A stretch of 63,335 nt of DNA, counting the filler, from Collodictyon triciliatum (lineage: Eukaryota): assembly GCA_043381765.1 (NCBI GenBank). It is 5 parts of 5 records of this genome, joined end to end, with 100 filler letters (N's around TTAATTAATTAA, not from the genome) between each part and the next. Parts side by side here need not be neighbours in the genome. Positions count along the whole stretch, not along the records: positions 25,129 to 40,699 come from JBHJMP010001658.1; 4 more parts are not named here. The stretch is one strand, 5' to 3'. Positions 25,352-34,927 of this stretch are shown here, piece by piece. Within the stretch, counting starts at the first letter, position 1. Every line of letters begins with the position of its first letter. The translations under genes were made by a program, and so were the position numbers. Under the pieces are notes generated by a model. The model did not search any database. It was not told the DNA's origin and was given only the letters and a program-made list of their open reading frames with translations.

Positions 25352-25787
25352 CTTGAAGCGCGGCTGGATTGGACAGATCCACACGGACGATCTTTGACGA
25401 CTGCTGCACCATCGCACAGAGATTGTTTGCCACGACAAACTGGCGCAGCTGGGTTGGATCGTACTCTACACGATCCACACGGAACATCTTCGTGTCCTCC
25501 TCATCAGCGGCTCTCAGCGCACTTGCCGGGACAGCAGGCTCGTTTGTCTGGGCACAAAATGACATGGTCACAAAAGAAAAAGAAACTCACAGAAGCAGCA
25601 GGCATAACTAACCAGCCGCCAGTAACAGGCCAAACTGGAAAGAAAAAAAAAGGACGACGAAATAAATAGAAGCCTTTAAGCAAAAGTATGAGTCGCCAGA
25701 AACCTCCTCAGCATCGTCGCCTTCGTTGTAAGTGGTCATGGCTGTGTGGTCGTACACGTCATAGTCCCAGTTATCCAGGAGCGACAT
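25352..25787 (-). CDS. VPS18: Vacuolar protein sorting 18 (Pep3; HOPS/CORVET core), N-terminal exons only, running into the spacer
   Basis: MSLLDNWD... then EEDTKMFRVDRVEYDPTQLRQFVVANNLCAMVQQSSKIVRVDLSNP, which resembles the VPS18 N-terminus as I recall it (IF.K.RIDF...LVVSSN.L.M......LLRIDL). Confidence 0.75.
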
Positions 25788-25865
25788 CACCGCCTCTTTT
25801 CTTTGCCTCCCCTGCCAGAAAAAAGAAGGTAAAATGATTTGATAATAATAAAAAAAGGAAGAAAA

Positions 25866-26065
25866 TCAAAACAAAACAAAACAAAACAAAACAAAACAAA
25901 ACAAAACAAAACAAAACAAAACAAAACAAAACAAAACAAAACAAAACAAAACAAAAAAAAACAAANCAAAAAAACAAACAAAAAAACAAACAAAAAAACA
26001 AACAAAAAAACAAACAAAAAAACAAACAAAAAAACAAACAAAAAAACAAACAAAAAAACAAACAA
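25866..26065. repeat. (CAAAA)n and (CAAACAAAAAAA)n microsatellites
   Basis: Read directly. Confidence 0.9.
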
Positions 26066-26406
26066 TTAAAGAAGAGAAAGGAGGCGAGATCAAGATACAT
26101 GCAAAGTTATGGAGAAGTAAAGAAAGGTCGAGTAAAAAAGACTGCAATTATGAAAAAAACAAAAACAAGATTGACAGAGAATACTGTGACAGACGGGCCG
26201 ATCGAAATTGGTGTTTTTATAGTTAAGGGGATCAAAACATGAGGGTTGGAACAACGAAAGAGTCATTTCCTAGGCACAATCATACGGATGATATAAAAGA
26301 AGAAAAGGGATCAGGATGAGGAGCAGCAAAAGAAAAGAAAAAGATTGAGTATATCCGCAAAGCAGCACAGAACCAGACATGCCAGGGCCATGCCGGACGC
26401 CCCCAA

Positions 26407-28262
26407 TCACACCACAGCTATCTCGGGGGTGCGATGCACAAAAAGGAGACCCTCCTGACTCGCGACCCCAAAGCGGAGCGGGATTCCGTGGTTGCCCTGG
26501 CCGCGATGCACATAGAGCCGATTGGAGCCCTTGGCCCAGAAGCCGTGGTCGGGCATGCGCAGGATGCCGCTCACGGCCGTCCACGCCAGGCCAAACGAGC
26601 GGAGGCCCCATATCCCGCCATGTGTGTGGCCGGACAAGACAAGGTCGGCCTCTCCTTCAGGGACGTGGTTGAATGCGCCCGGGTCATGGAGGAGAAGCAC
26701 GCGCAGCACTCCGGCCTGCCGAGGACACAGGTTGCAAAGCTCGGCCAGTCGCGCAGCCCTGTCGGTGAAGTGATGTCGGCTTCCAATGATTTGCACCGCC
26801 CCGAACCCATCTGCGTCAAAAACCACCCATCAAACACTGGCGTGAGGATGCAAGTGCAGGAAAGAGTGTTTGCAGCAATCTTTGATACAGATGACAATTA
26901 TGATTTAGCGAGCGTATCCTGAACCTACCTATTGTCACAAACTCCTGCTCGTTTTCAAGCAGTCTGATGCCGAGACTACGTAAGGTAGACCGAACAACTG
27001 ACAATGCACCGGCATCATAATCGTGATTCTTGCACGAAGGAAATGAAAAAGGTAAAATATTTAGAGTCTATATCACAAAACCGTAGCAAACTGAAATATC
27101 GGAAAAATGCAAAACAGACATTATTCATATATGATGTGGCCTACCCCAAGACAGGCAAATACGCGCCCTGGAGCTTCTCTTAGAGGAAGCAACGCCTCTT
27201 GTAAAGCACCCGGTGTGTGAACAGATTCATAAGTAAGATAATCGCCTGTAAGCAGAAACAAATCTGGTCGCATCTTGACAGCTTCCTTAAAAAGAAGAAA
27301 AGAATGATTTTTTTTAAAAGCACACTCAGTTCAAGCTCTTCTCTAGTTCGAATATGAGTAGGACGAGAGGAACATTATGCCAATAGAAAAATAAAGGCGA
27401 GGAGAGGATCGAAATAGAGCGATAAGAATAGACTACATACAATATATGGATGTCAAATACCCAAGACCCACCTTACAGATTTTGTGTAAGCGAGACACAC
27501 TCATATATACACCCAAGTGTGTATCAGTGATCTGATAGATGCGAAGCGGACGCGAGCGGAGGAAAGAAGAAGGCAAGGAAGCAGAATCAGAATAGGTTGT
27601 GGAAGAAAGAGACTGCGGACAACGCACGGGCACCGCTATGGGCCTTGAGTTTCTGAGCAAGGTTGAGTCCAGTAAAAGATGCACACGCTCTTTAGGATTT
27701 GCAACAAGGCACTGGACAAGACCGAAAGCGCCCATGAGAAGAGGTAGCAGGCGCGAGTAGAACGGCGCAAAGGGCATCAGCGGCACAAAGAGCGCTGCAA
27801 AGCAGGTGTATGAGATGGATGCGCAGGCCGGGACAGAGACCAGAAAGCGATAGAGTCCCGAATGCATCCGCGGCGTCCTCAGGCGCACGAGATAGATAAC
27901 CACGCAGGATGCAAGATAAACATCAGCATATGCAAACACAGAGTCACTCGGCAGAATCGGGCGCAGAACCACGGGAAGGGCCAACTGGTGCAACCCCGCA
28001 AAGGCCGCAAACTTTTTGATCTCATAGTCGGCGTTCGGCAATACCCAACGCAGCCCGCCCCACATGCACGCAGCCACGCACAGCGCGAGAAGAAACGGAC
28101 GCGTCTCTGGCACTCCGAAGAGAAGCAGCACGTAGGACAGCTACATTTGGAGAGGTTGCTCTGTCAGCTTTTAGGGTTTTGCTTTCGCATGATGGCGGGC
28201 GCGATGGAGAGTCATACGCTCGAGTCCAGAAAGGAGACAAAGTCCAGAGCTACTGAATCCAT
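26407..28262 (-). CDS. Transmembrane calcineurin-like metallophosphoesterase (TMPPE / YkuE-YaeI family)
   Basis: Several N-terminal hydrophobic helices, then metallophosphoesterase motifs QITDTHLG, LTGDY, CLG|NHD, LLHDP, LSGHTHGG, YVHRGQG. Putative start ATG 28262 (MDSVALDFVSFLDSS|LSYVLLLF); TGA at 26407. Confidence 0.88.
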
Positions 28263-28383
28263 CGCTTTAGGGTGGCCAGCCGTGGTCCTTTTCTTTGTTC
28301 AGTGGTTCGTGTCAGTGTGAGTGAGCAGTAAGAGAGTAAAGGAGGCTCTTGGACTCTTTCTTTTTCGTTTTTCTCTTCGTTTG

Positions 28384-28384
<1 letters not shown>

Positions 28385-28475
<91 letters not shown>
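28385..28475. repeat. Poly-T tract of about 90 nt
   Basis: Read directly. Confidence 0.95.
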
Positions 28476-28476
<1 letters not shown>

Positions 28477-28734
28477 TGCGGCTCTGTATATGTTTCCCAC
28501 AATCATCCTTGAGCTTGCAAAGCTTTGTGTTCTGCCTTCGTTTTGAAGAAAAGAAAAAGAAAAAGAAAAACACAACCTACAAGTCCAGTTCCTTCCTCCT
28601 GACGAGTGTCAGTGAATGACGCTTCCTCGATCACTCAATCGCCCTGTTTCTCTCATATAAACATTTTTTTTTCCTTAGCAATAGTTAGCCCAGAAGTGGC
28701 TAGGCTGACCCTGTCTAATTATTGCATTTGTATA

Positions 28735-29631
28735 TCAGTTCTTTGATCTTGTTGCTTTCATATCACCGCCCTTTGATGATACGCAGAATCCCATGCACAG
28801 CGGATTCGTACCTTGTAAAGGATACATGTTCTTTTTCACTTTATGGTATTTACATGATTTACGAAACCTAACATCCATATTACTTTTTCTCTGATGAAAC
28901 TTGGCCCTCGACGCTGAAGTATTGCTCTTTCTTTGGATTGGTAGTGACATAGCCTTCGCGTTTGGACTCATCATCACGCATCATTTCAAAAAGTTTCAGT
29001 ATGAATATTCGAATATATTGAAAGTTGTCGACACAAAGCAGTTCTTTTGGATATTTCGACTCAGTCTTTGCAGACCAACCCCGTTTCTTATTCACAGCTC
29101 ATTTATACTTTATCCGATTGTGCATCTTTCATTTTGCACATAGATACAGTCTTTATTTTAAGAGAGCTCTATATCTAACATACATACATAAACTACACAG
29201 CGAACCAGCTTATGCAGGACTCAAAGATATTATGGAGTGCCTATTGAATCATTTGCACTTGTCACTTCTCTCATTATTCCATTTTTCTGGTACCATAAGA
29301 ATTAATCCTCTCTTAATGAATTTACTCGAAAAATAAATAGATTAGCGTCCTATTTTCTGTTATTCCCTTCAAAAGTATATGATTACGGTGGAATGGTATT
29401 GATTGGTGCTTTCTTCGAATACTTGTGGCTTTTTTTTTTGGGTCGTTAACTCTACTTCAAATAAAATATACTGCAGTGTTTCAAATTGTAAGCTTTCCAT
29501 CGCATTTTTATTTTACTTCCACAGTAGCTGGCGAATGGTTGGTTGATAATCTGCTGCTTTCAAGAGAATTAACTTTTTTGTGTGAACTTTACTGGGGGTG
29601 TTTTCAACCAGACCACATCTAAGGCGACATG
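28735..29631 (-). mobile_element. Possible heavily decayed piggyBac-like DDD transposase relic
   Basis: Stop- and frameshift-riddled fragments in piggyBac-like order: HVALD...KQQIINQP, YILFEVE, ERINSYGTRK, NGVGL, FQYIRIFILKLFE, RKSCKYH...PLCMGFC. By-eye resemblance only; no convincing TIRs or TTAA duplication. Confidence 0.22.
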
Positions 29632-30452
29632 AAAATGCACTGTCAAGATTACTTTTTCAGCGCCCTTATTTTGTTCAATTTCGCAATATTATGTCCATGT
29701 GCTTATGATTCCTTAGGCTTCTTGGCATTCGAAAACTTTGTGAAAAGAAAAAGTCTTTTCGTTTATTTTTCCCGGTTTTTCCTCCCATTTTTCGAATCAA
29801 AGGAATGAGTTTTATTGGAATTAATTTAGATTTGCTGTAGATGAATTATTATTTTTATTTTGGCAGAGTTACCCATCTAATCGAAGTAAAAGATTGATGT
29901 ATCGAGGACATGTCAAGACAAAGGAGCTAATGGCCGTGCGATTCCAACACAGAAGGGAAAAAGGAAATGCATCACCAAGGCAGACAACCAAACGTGCAAC
30001 ATTCTAATCTGAAGCGTAGATTTATAATGCGAAGCCACAGCCCCAAATTCTGCACTTATGTCCTACAGAATGAATTTTCGACTTAATTTTAATAATTTCC
30101 ACAATTATCATAAAAATGTAGCACCCAACCTATAAATATGAACACATTTTTGTGGGAGTCAAAAGCCCGTGGTTTCTGGCGTCTTCGGTCAGGTCAACAG
30201 CCCAACTTGTTCTACTGGCGATGTGCCAAACAGATAGACTTAAACGCGCCCCGCTTTACTTACTGGCAAGGCGGGTGGCCAAAAAGTGGCTTCTCCTATA
30301 CCACATAACCATCAATTCCGATAGGGCACGCCACCAATACAGCCTTTATGGCCCCAATTTAATTCCTTTTTTTTTTTTTTAATGATATCGATATACACTT
30401 CATATTATGAAGACGCATCAATCTACGGGCTCTAACAAACGGTGACTGCAGA

Positions 30453-33400
30453 ATGAGTACCGTACGATTTACCAGCGCAACTACCCTGACTCGCTATTTG
30501 CGGGATGGTTGCGAGCGCATCACCCTTCGCCTGCCCGGCTCCAAGCAAGAATGCACATTTGTCGCGTTTCGTGTGAGGCCGGAAGATTCAGACGATGGAG
30601 CAGCCATCTTTGTCATCATCGCGCTTTCGGCACAGGGTTCATCAAGCACCATCATTCAACTCCCCATCAATCTGGCCGACATCGCAGCAGCTTCAGAGGA
30701 CAATCAAGACTCCATCACCACAGAGACCCGAAACATCCGGAATCTACGACGTGATGGTACCGGCACTGTAAACGATCTTCTGTTGATCGTCAATGCGTTC
30801 ATACGTGCAAAAACAGTCCCACGCGTCATCGCCTTTCGACCAACCTGGTATCCGGATGCAGATCAATCAGGCGACTTGATGTTCCTATCCCGAACACAGG
30901 TGATTTCAGCCAACAGCGATTCATCATCGACAAGTGGCTTTGCACTCACTATGGAGACTCTGGATGGATTCAACTTTGAATTCGAGTCTGGACAATGCGC
31001 TAAAGGGACTAAACCAACTGATGAGGCGCAAGGACTCTTTAGCCTGAGATTATTCAAGAGAGTGTCCACCGGGCCCAAGAAAGGTATCATGCAGGAATCT
31101 GCATGGGAAGCAGACCCCGACCAGCCAAGTGCACGGGCTGCTCGCATGGATCGCAGCCAAGAGCAAAGAATGATTGACTGTCAGAGCCCACGCCCAGTTT
31201 GGATTTCTGAGGCAAAATGGGATACAGTGCAGCTCAGGGTATGGTCCGAAAATGAAAACTACGGGCTGGAATCTGTTCGTAAACACCCACTCTTTGGCGC
31301 TTGGCTCATTGTATATGGACACAGCACTGGAGACACAGAATTTGGTGGCCCGTGTCAACTTCCAAGGCTGCTGCGTCAAGCTCGAGAAAACAAATCCTTA
31401 CCGACCATGGTGATGCCTGAATCCGCTTGGTGCGAAGCCATCGAGGGTCTCATCTTGCAGCGCGGGCTTAAAGCAGGAGTATCTTACACACAGGACGAGA
31501 TGCTTCTGGGGGCCATTCGTGCTCTTCAACTGGCTCGGGAGTCTGTATACGGCTGGAGAGATACGATCCACTTCCCAACACGGGCTTTCCGAGATGCTGA
31601 CTCCGCTGCCATTGATGTTCGGCCAGAAGATAGAATCGCTCGATGCGTCTTATTTACAGCCATTCTCTTTTCAACACCTACTTGTTGGTATCCAATAAAC
31701 GACAACATATTCTCCTGGAGAGTGCGCACAGATGCTACACTTTCGGAACGCCGTAATTTGATTCAATTTTTGCTCATACTCGTTCAGAGGCTGCAGCGCT
31801 TTAGGACAAGCAAGTTTACAGTCACAAAAACTCCAGGGGCGTCACTTAAACACTGGCCACATGATTCCGCTCAAAAACAAAGTGTACATAAGACTGATAG
31901 TAAGGTAGAGCACGAAACTCAGCCGCAGTCCCAAGGTGTGAAAAGCAAACAATCAAGGCAACTCACGCTTGGTCAAATTGCCGAGAAATCGGCAAAGAAA
32001 GTGAAGTCTGAGGTTGAAGTAGAAACTTCTCCGAATATAAAAGGATCAGTTGAAAAGCAACATAGGGTCCATGCCGCAGATAATATTGGAAAAGATGGAT
32101 TATCTGCTCTCAACGATATGGATGGATCTGTTGGTGGCGCAAGATCACGTCCATCGGTTCATCTAGCGATGGAGTATATGCAAGGAGCAAAGAGAACCTT
32201 ATTCCAACACCAGCGCGATTTTTTGAAATCAGCAATCCGACGAGAACAGGATATTTCATTGAGAGGCGGGTTTGTGGCTGACGAGATGGGGTCTGGCAAG
32301 ACGTTGCAATTGATTTTATTGATATTGACTTATCCCATACACATGCGCGGAATAACCCTCGTCGTATCCCCTTCTTCAGCTGTTCGTCATGTTTGGCTCC
32401 GTGAAATACGAAACAGCGATAATTGGACTCCCGGTAAACCACCACCTCTCCGTGCCATCGTATTTGAACGATTATCTCCCACATCCAGCAAGAACTCTGT
32501 AGAGAATGATTATCCAGATGAAGCCATGCTGTTGAAGCATGATGTTGTGATTGTGTCGTACAGCTTATTACGCACGCACATGGTGCTTCGAAGAATCTCA
32601 TGGACTCGATTCATCATGGATGAGAGTACCAATGTTAAAAGCCCCAAAACAGAGCAATACCAAGCGGCAAAAGAGGTGTGTGCAGACATGAAATGGGCTC
32701 TCAGCGGCACCCCTGTGGAAAATAGGATGGATGATTTTTTTGGTCAACTCCGTATTCTTGATATATCCCCCTATGCACATCCTGACTGGCAGAAAGAATG
32801 TTTCGAACAAGATCGCTTTTCCATGTTTTACCACACCATGGTTCGTCGTACCTTCCAAGGCGTCATCCCAGCTTCCTTAGTTCAAAGTCCTCCGACTTTC
32901 GTCGATATGAGTGCAGATGAGAGAACTGCGTATCAGTTAATTGCCAAAGAAGCTGCAGCACAATACGCAGTTTTCTACTCCTTCCGAAGCAAGACCGATA
33001 ACCCCCAAAACTCAACCAAACCCAAAATTCGACCAGACTTTACCAGAGAATTTACATCCAAGCTACAGCATGCATCGCATACCAAAAGTAAAAACTATAT
33101 GTTGGCGAGTGCCATTAAGCCACTGATGGTTGTCGTTCCGATGACTGCCAACCAATCCCAAGCGACATCAGATTTTGCACCGAAATCAGACGGTCTCAAA
33201 TCCTCCTCATATGATGATGACGTTTCCATCGTCCTGGCCGAGCATCATGGACAGCTCGACTCCTTTGTTAAAAAAGCACCGAAACCTGCCGGGGCTCTGG
33301 AGCGTGCAATAAAAAACGGATGGCTCTTGCCCACTTCATACTCCCGGACATCCTTTATTTCATGGTTAAGCACACAACCCGAGAGCCAACAGCTGGAGAT

Positions 33401-34076
33401 TGGCACATCTGGACTGATTAAGGGGTCATCCCTGTCAAAGCATGCAAAGTCTCATACGGGTGGCTATGCTGCCCAAGGAGATTCTGCTGCTTCCTCTGAA
33501 GGCGATGTTTCATCGAGGCAGCAGGATGTGGTGCTCAATCTGGCAATGCTAGATGCTTATCGGACAGGAAAATGGTCGACGGTAGCATCATCCGGAGGTA
33601 TTGTATGGACTATCGACCCAAGCATATGTTCCCGCTCCTTGGCTGCAAAGTTTCCGTTCCCTATTCATGCGACCCTCGGCCCGCGTATCCCGAGAGCCAA
33701 TACTGAAAAGTTTCTGGTCTTTGTCAGCTCCCAAAGCCGCGCTCAAGACATCGCAAGCTTTCTATCCCAGGAAATTGGGGTGGCTGTCCTGGCCAAGGCA
33801 GGAAGCCATGAGGAGCATGACGCGGCTGTGGAGAATTTCCTGGGTAAAGAAAACATCCGTGGTCTCGTCCTTGCCTATCGATCAGGAGCTCATGCCTTGA
33901 ATCTCCAGATTGCAAACTCGATTTTCTTTTTGGACCAGGATTGGAACCCAGCTATTAAGTTGCAAGCGTTGATGAGGTCGTACCGCATCGGCCAAACCAG
34001 AGATGTTTATGCATACACTCTGATTGCAAAAAGCACCATAGATGAATACATGCACCAGGTTTGCCAATATTCATGA
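30453..34076 (+). CDS. SNF2-family ATPase, Rad5/Rad16/Lodestar-like, with an unrecognised ~570-aa N-terminus; uninterrupted 1207-aa ORF
   Basis: Q motif LFQHQ; motif I GGFVADEMGSGKT; Ia TLVVSP...W..EI; HDVVIVSY; II WTRFIMDEST; III WALSGTPVEN; IV KFLVF; V SGAHALNLQIAN; VI DQDWNPA...QALMRSYRIGQTRDV. Confidence 0.9.
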   Translation: MSTVRFTSATTLTRYLRDGCERITLRLPGSKQECTFVAFRVRPEDSDDGAAIFVIIALSAQGSSSTIIQLPINLADIAAASEDNQDSITTETRNIRNLRRDGTGTVNDLLLIVNAFIRAKTVPRVIAFRPTWYPDADQSGDLMFLSRTQVISANSDSSSTSGFALTMETLDGFNFEFESGQCAKGTKPTDEAQGLFSLRLFKRVSTGPKKGIMQESAWEADPDQPSARAARMDRSQEQRMIDCQSPRPVWISEAKWDTVQLRVWSENENYGLESVRKHPLFGAWLIVYGHSTGDTEFGGPCQLPRLLRQARENKSLPTMVMPESAWCEAIEGLILQRGLKAGVSYTQDEMLLGAIRALQLARESVYGWRDTIHFPTRAFRDADSAAIDVRPEDRIARCVLFTAILFSTPTCWYPINDNIFSWRVRTDATLSERRNLIQFLLILVQRLQRFRTSKFTVTKTPGASLKHWPHDSAQKQSVHKTDSKVEHETQPQSQGVKSKQSRQLTLGQIAEKSAKKVKSEVEVETSPNIKGSVEKQHRVHAADNIGKDGLSALNDMDGSVGGARSRPSVHLAMEYMQGAKRTLFQHQRDFLKSAIRREQDISLRGGFVADEMGSGKTLQLILLILTYPIHMRGITLVVSPSSAVRHVWLREIRNSDNWTPGKPPPLRAIVFERLSPTSSKNSVENDYPDEAMLLKHDVVIVSYSLLRTHMVLRRISWTRFIMDESTNVKSPKTEQYQAAKEVCADMKWALSGTPVENRMDDFFGQLRILDISPYAHPDWQKECFEQDRFSMFYHTMVRRTFQGVIPASLVQSPPTFVDMSADERTAYQLIAKEAAAQYAVFYSFRSKTDNPQNSTKPKIRPDFTREFTSKLQHASHTKSKNYMLASAIKPLMVVVPMTANQSQATSDFAPKSDGLKSSSYDDDVSIVLAEHHGQLDSFVKKAPKPAGALERAIKNGWLLPTSYSRTSFISWLSTQPESQQLEIGTSGLIKGSSLSKHAKSHTGGYAAQGDSAASSEGDVSSRQQDVVLNLAMLDAYRTGKWSTVASSGGIVWTIDPSICSRSLAAKFPFPIHATLGPRIPRANTEKFLVFVSSQSRAQDIASFLSQEIGVAVLAKAGSHEEHDAAVENFLGKENIRGLVLAYRSGAHALNLQIANSIFFLDQDWNPAIKLQALMRSYRIGQTRDVYAYTLIAKSTIDEYMHQVCQYS

Positions 34077-34084
34077 CATCCGGG

Positions 34085-34660
34085 NNNNNNNNNNNNNNNN
34101 NNNNNNNNNNNNNNNNNNNNNNNNNNNNNNNNNNNNNNNNNNNNNNNNNNNNNNNNNNNNNNNNNNNNNNNNNNNNNNNNNNNNNNNNNNNNNNNNNNNN
34201 NNNNNNNNNNNNNNNNNNNNNNNNNNNNNNNNNNNNNNNNNNNNNNNNNNNNNNNNNNNNNNNNNNNNNNNNNNNNNNNNNNNNNNNNNNNNNNNNNNNN
34301 NNNNNNNNNNNNNNNNNNNNNNNNNNNNNNNNNNNNNNNNNNNNNNNNNNNNNNNNNNNNNNNNNNNNNNNNNNNNNNNNNNNNNNNNNNNNNNNNNNNN
34401 NNNNNNNNNNNNNNNNNNNNNNNNNNNNNNNNNNNNNNNNNNNNNNNNNNNNNNNNNNNNNNNNNNNNNNNNNNNNNNNNNNNNNNNNNNNNNNNNNNNN
34501 NNNNNNNNNNNNNNNNNNNNNNNNNNNNNNNNNNNNNNNNNNNNNNNNNNNNNNNNNNNNNNNNNNNNNNNNNNNNNNNNNNNNNNNNNNNNNNNNNNNN
34601 NNNNNNNNNNNNNNNNNNNNNNNNNNNNNNNNNNNNNNNNNNNNNNNNNNNNNNNNNNNN
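34085..34660. other. Sized assembly gap (576 N)
   Basis: N run with no linker. Confidence 0.97.
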
Positions 34661-34927
34661 CAAAGATCTTGAATACCTCACACGTTCACTTTGGCCTAAG
34701 CGAATTCAGCCCGACTAGAGCGGAGGGATTGACATCAGGGATGAGGCCTAGCCGGAAATGCACGAATGTATATGAGTGAAAGCAAAATATGCTATATCAC
34801 AAGGAGTTCTTTGTTCAGACATATGGTTTAGACCCAACCTCTAAATTCCATCCCATTTTATTAAATAATGTTTCTAAAGAGTTCCTCGTCTGCAATCAGA
34901 GATATGTATTTTATTCCAATGATACAC

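Noticed and set aside
24607..25787. VPS18-BRAP2 fusion gene (exon phases are compatible across the spacer)
   Set aside because: The join crosses an artificial spacer of unknown true size, and a phase match has a one-in-three chance. Missing sequence is the simpler explanation.
31340..31400. FGGPCQ and REN in the SNF2 N-terminus as C5-methyltransferase motifs IV and VI (DNMT5-like)
   Set aside because: There is no FxGxG motif I, spacing to the ENV-like motif is too short, and motifs VIII-X are not visible.
28684..34755. GGCTAGGC (28698) / GCCTAGCC (34746) as terminal inverted repeats enclosing the relic and SNF2
   Set aside because: Only 8 bp match and there is no target-site duplication, so chance is likely.
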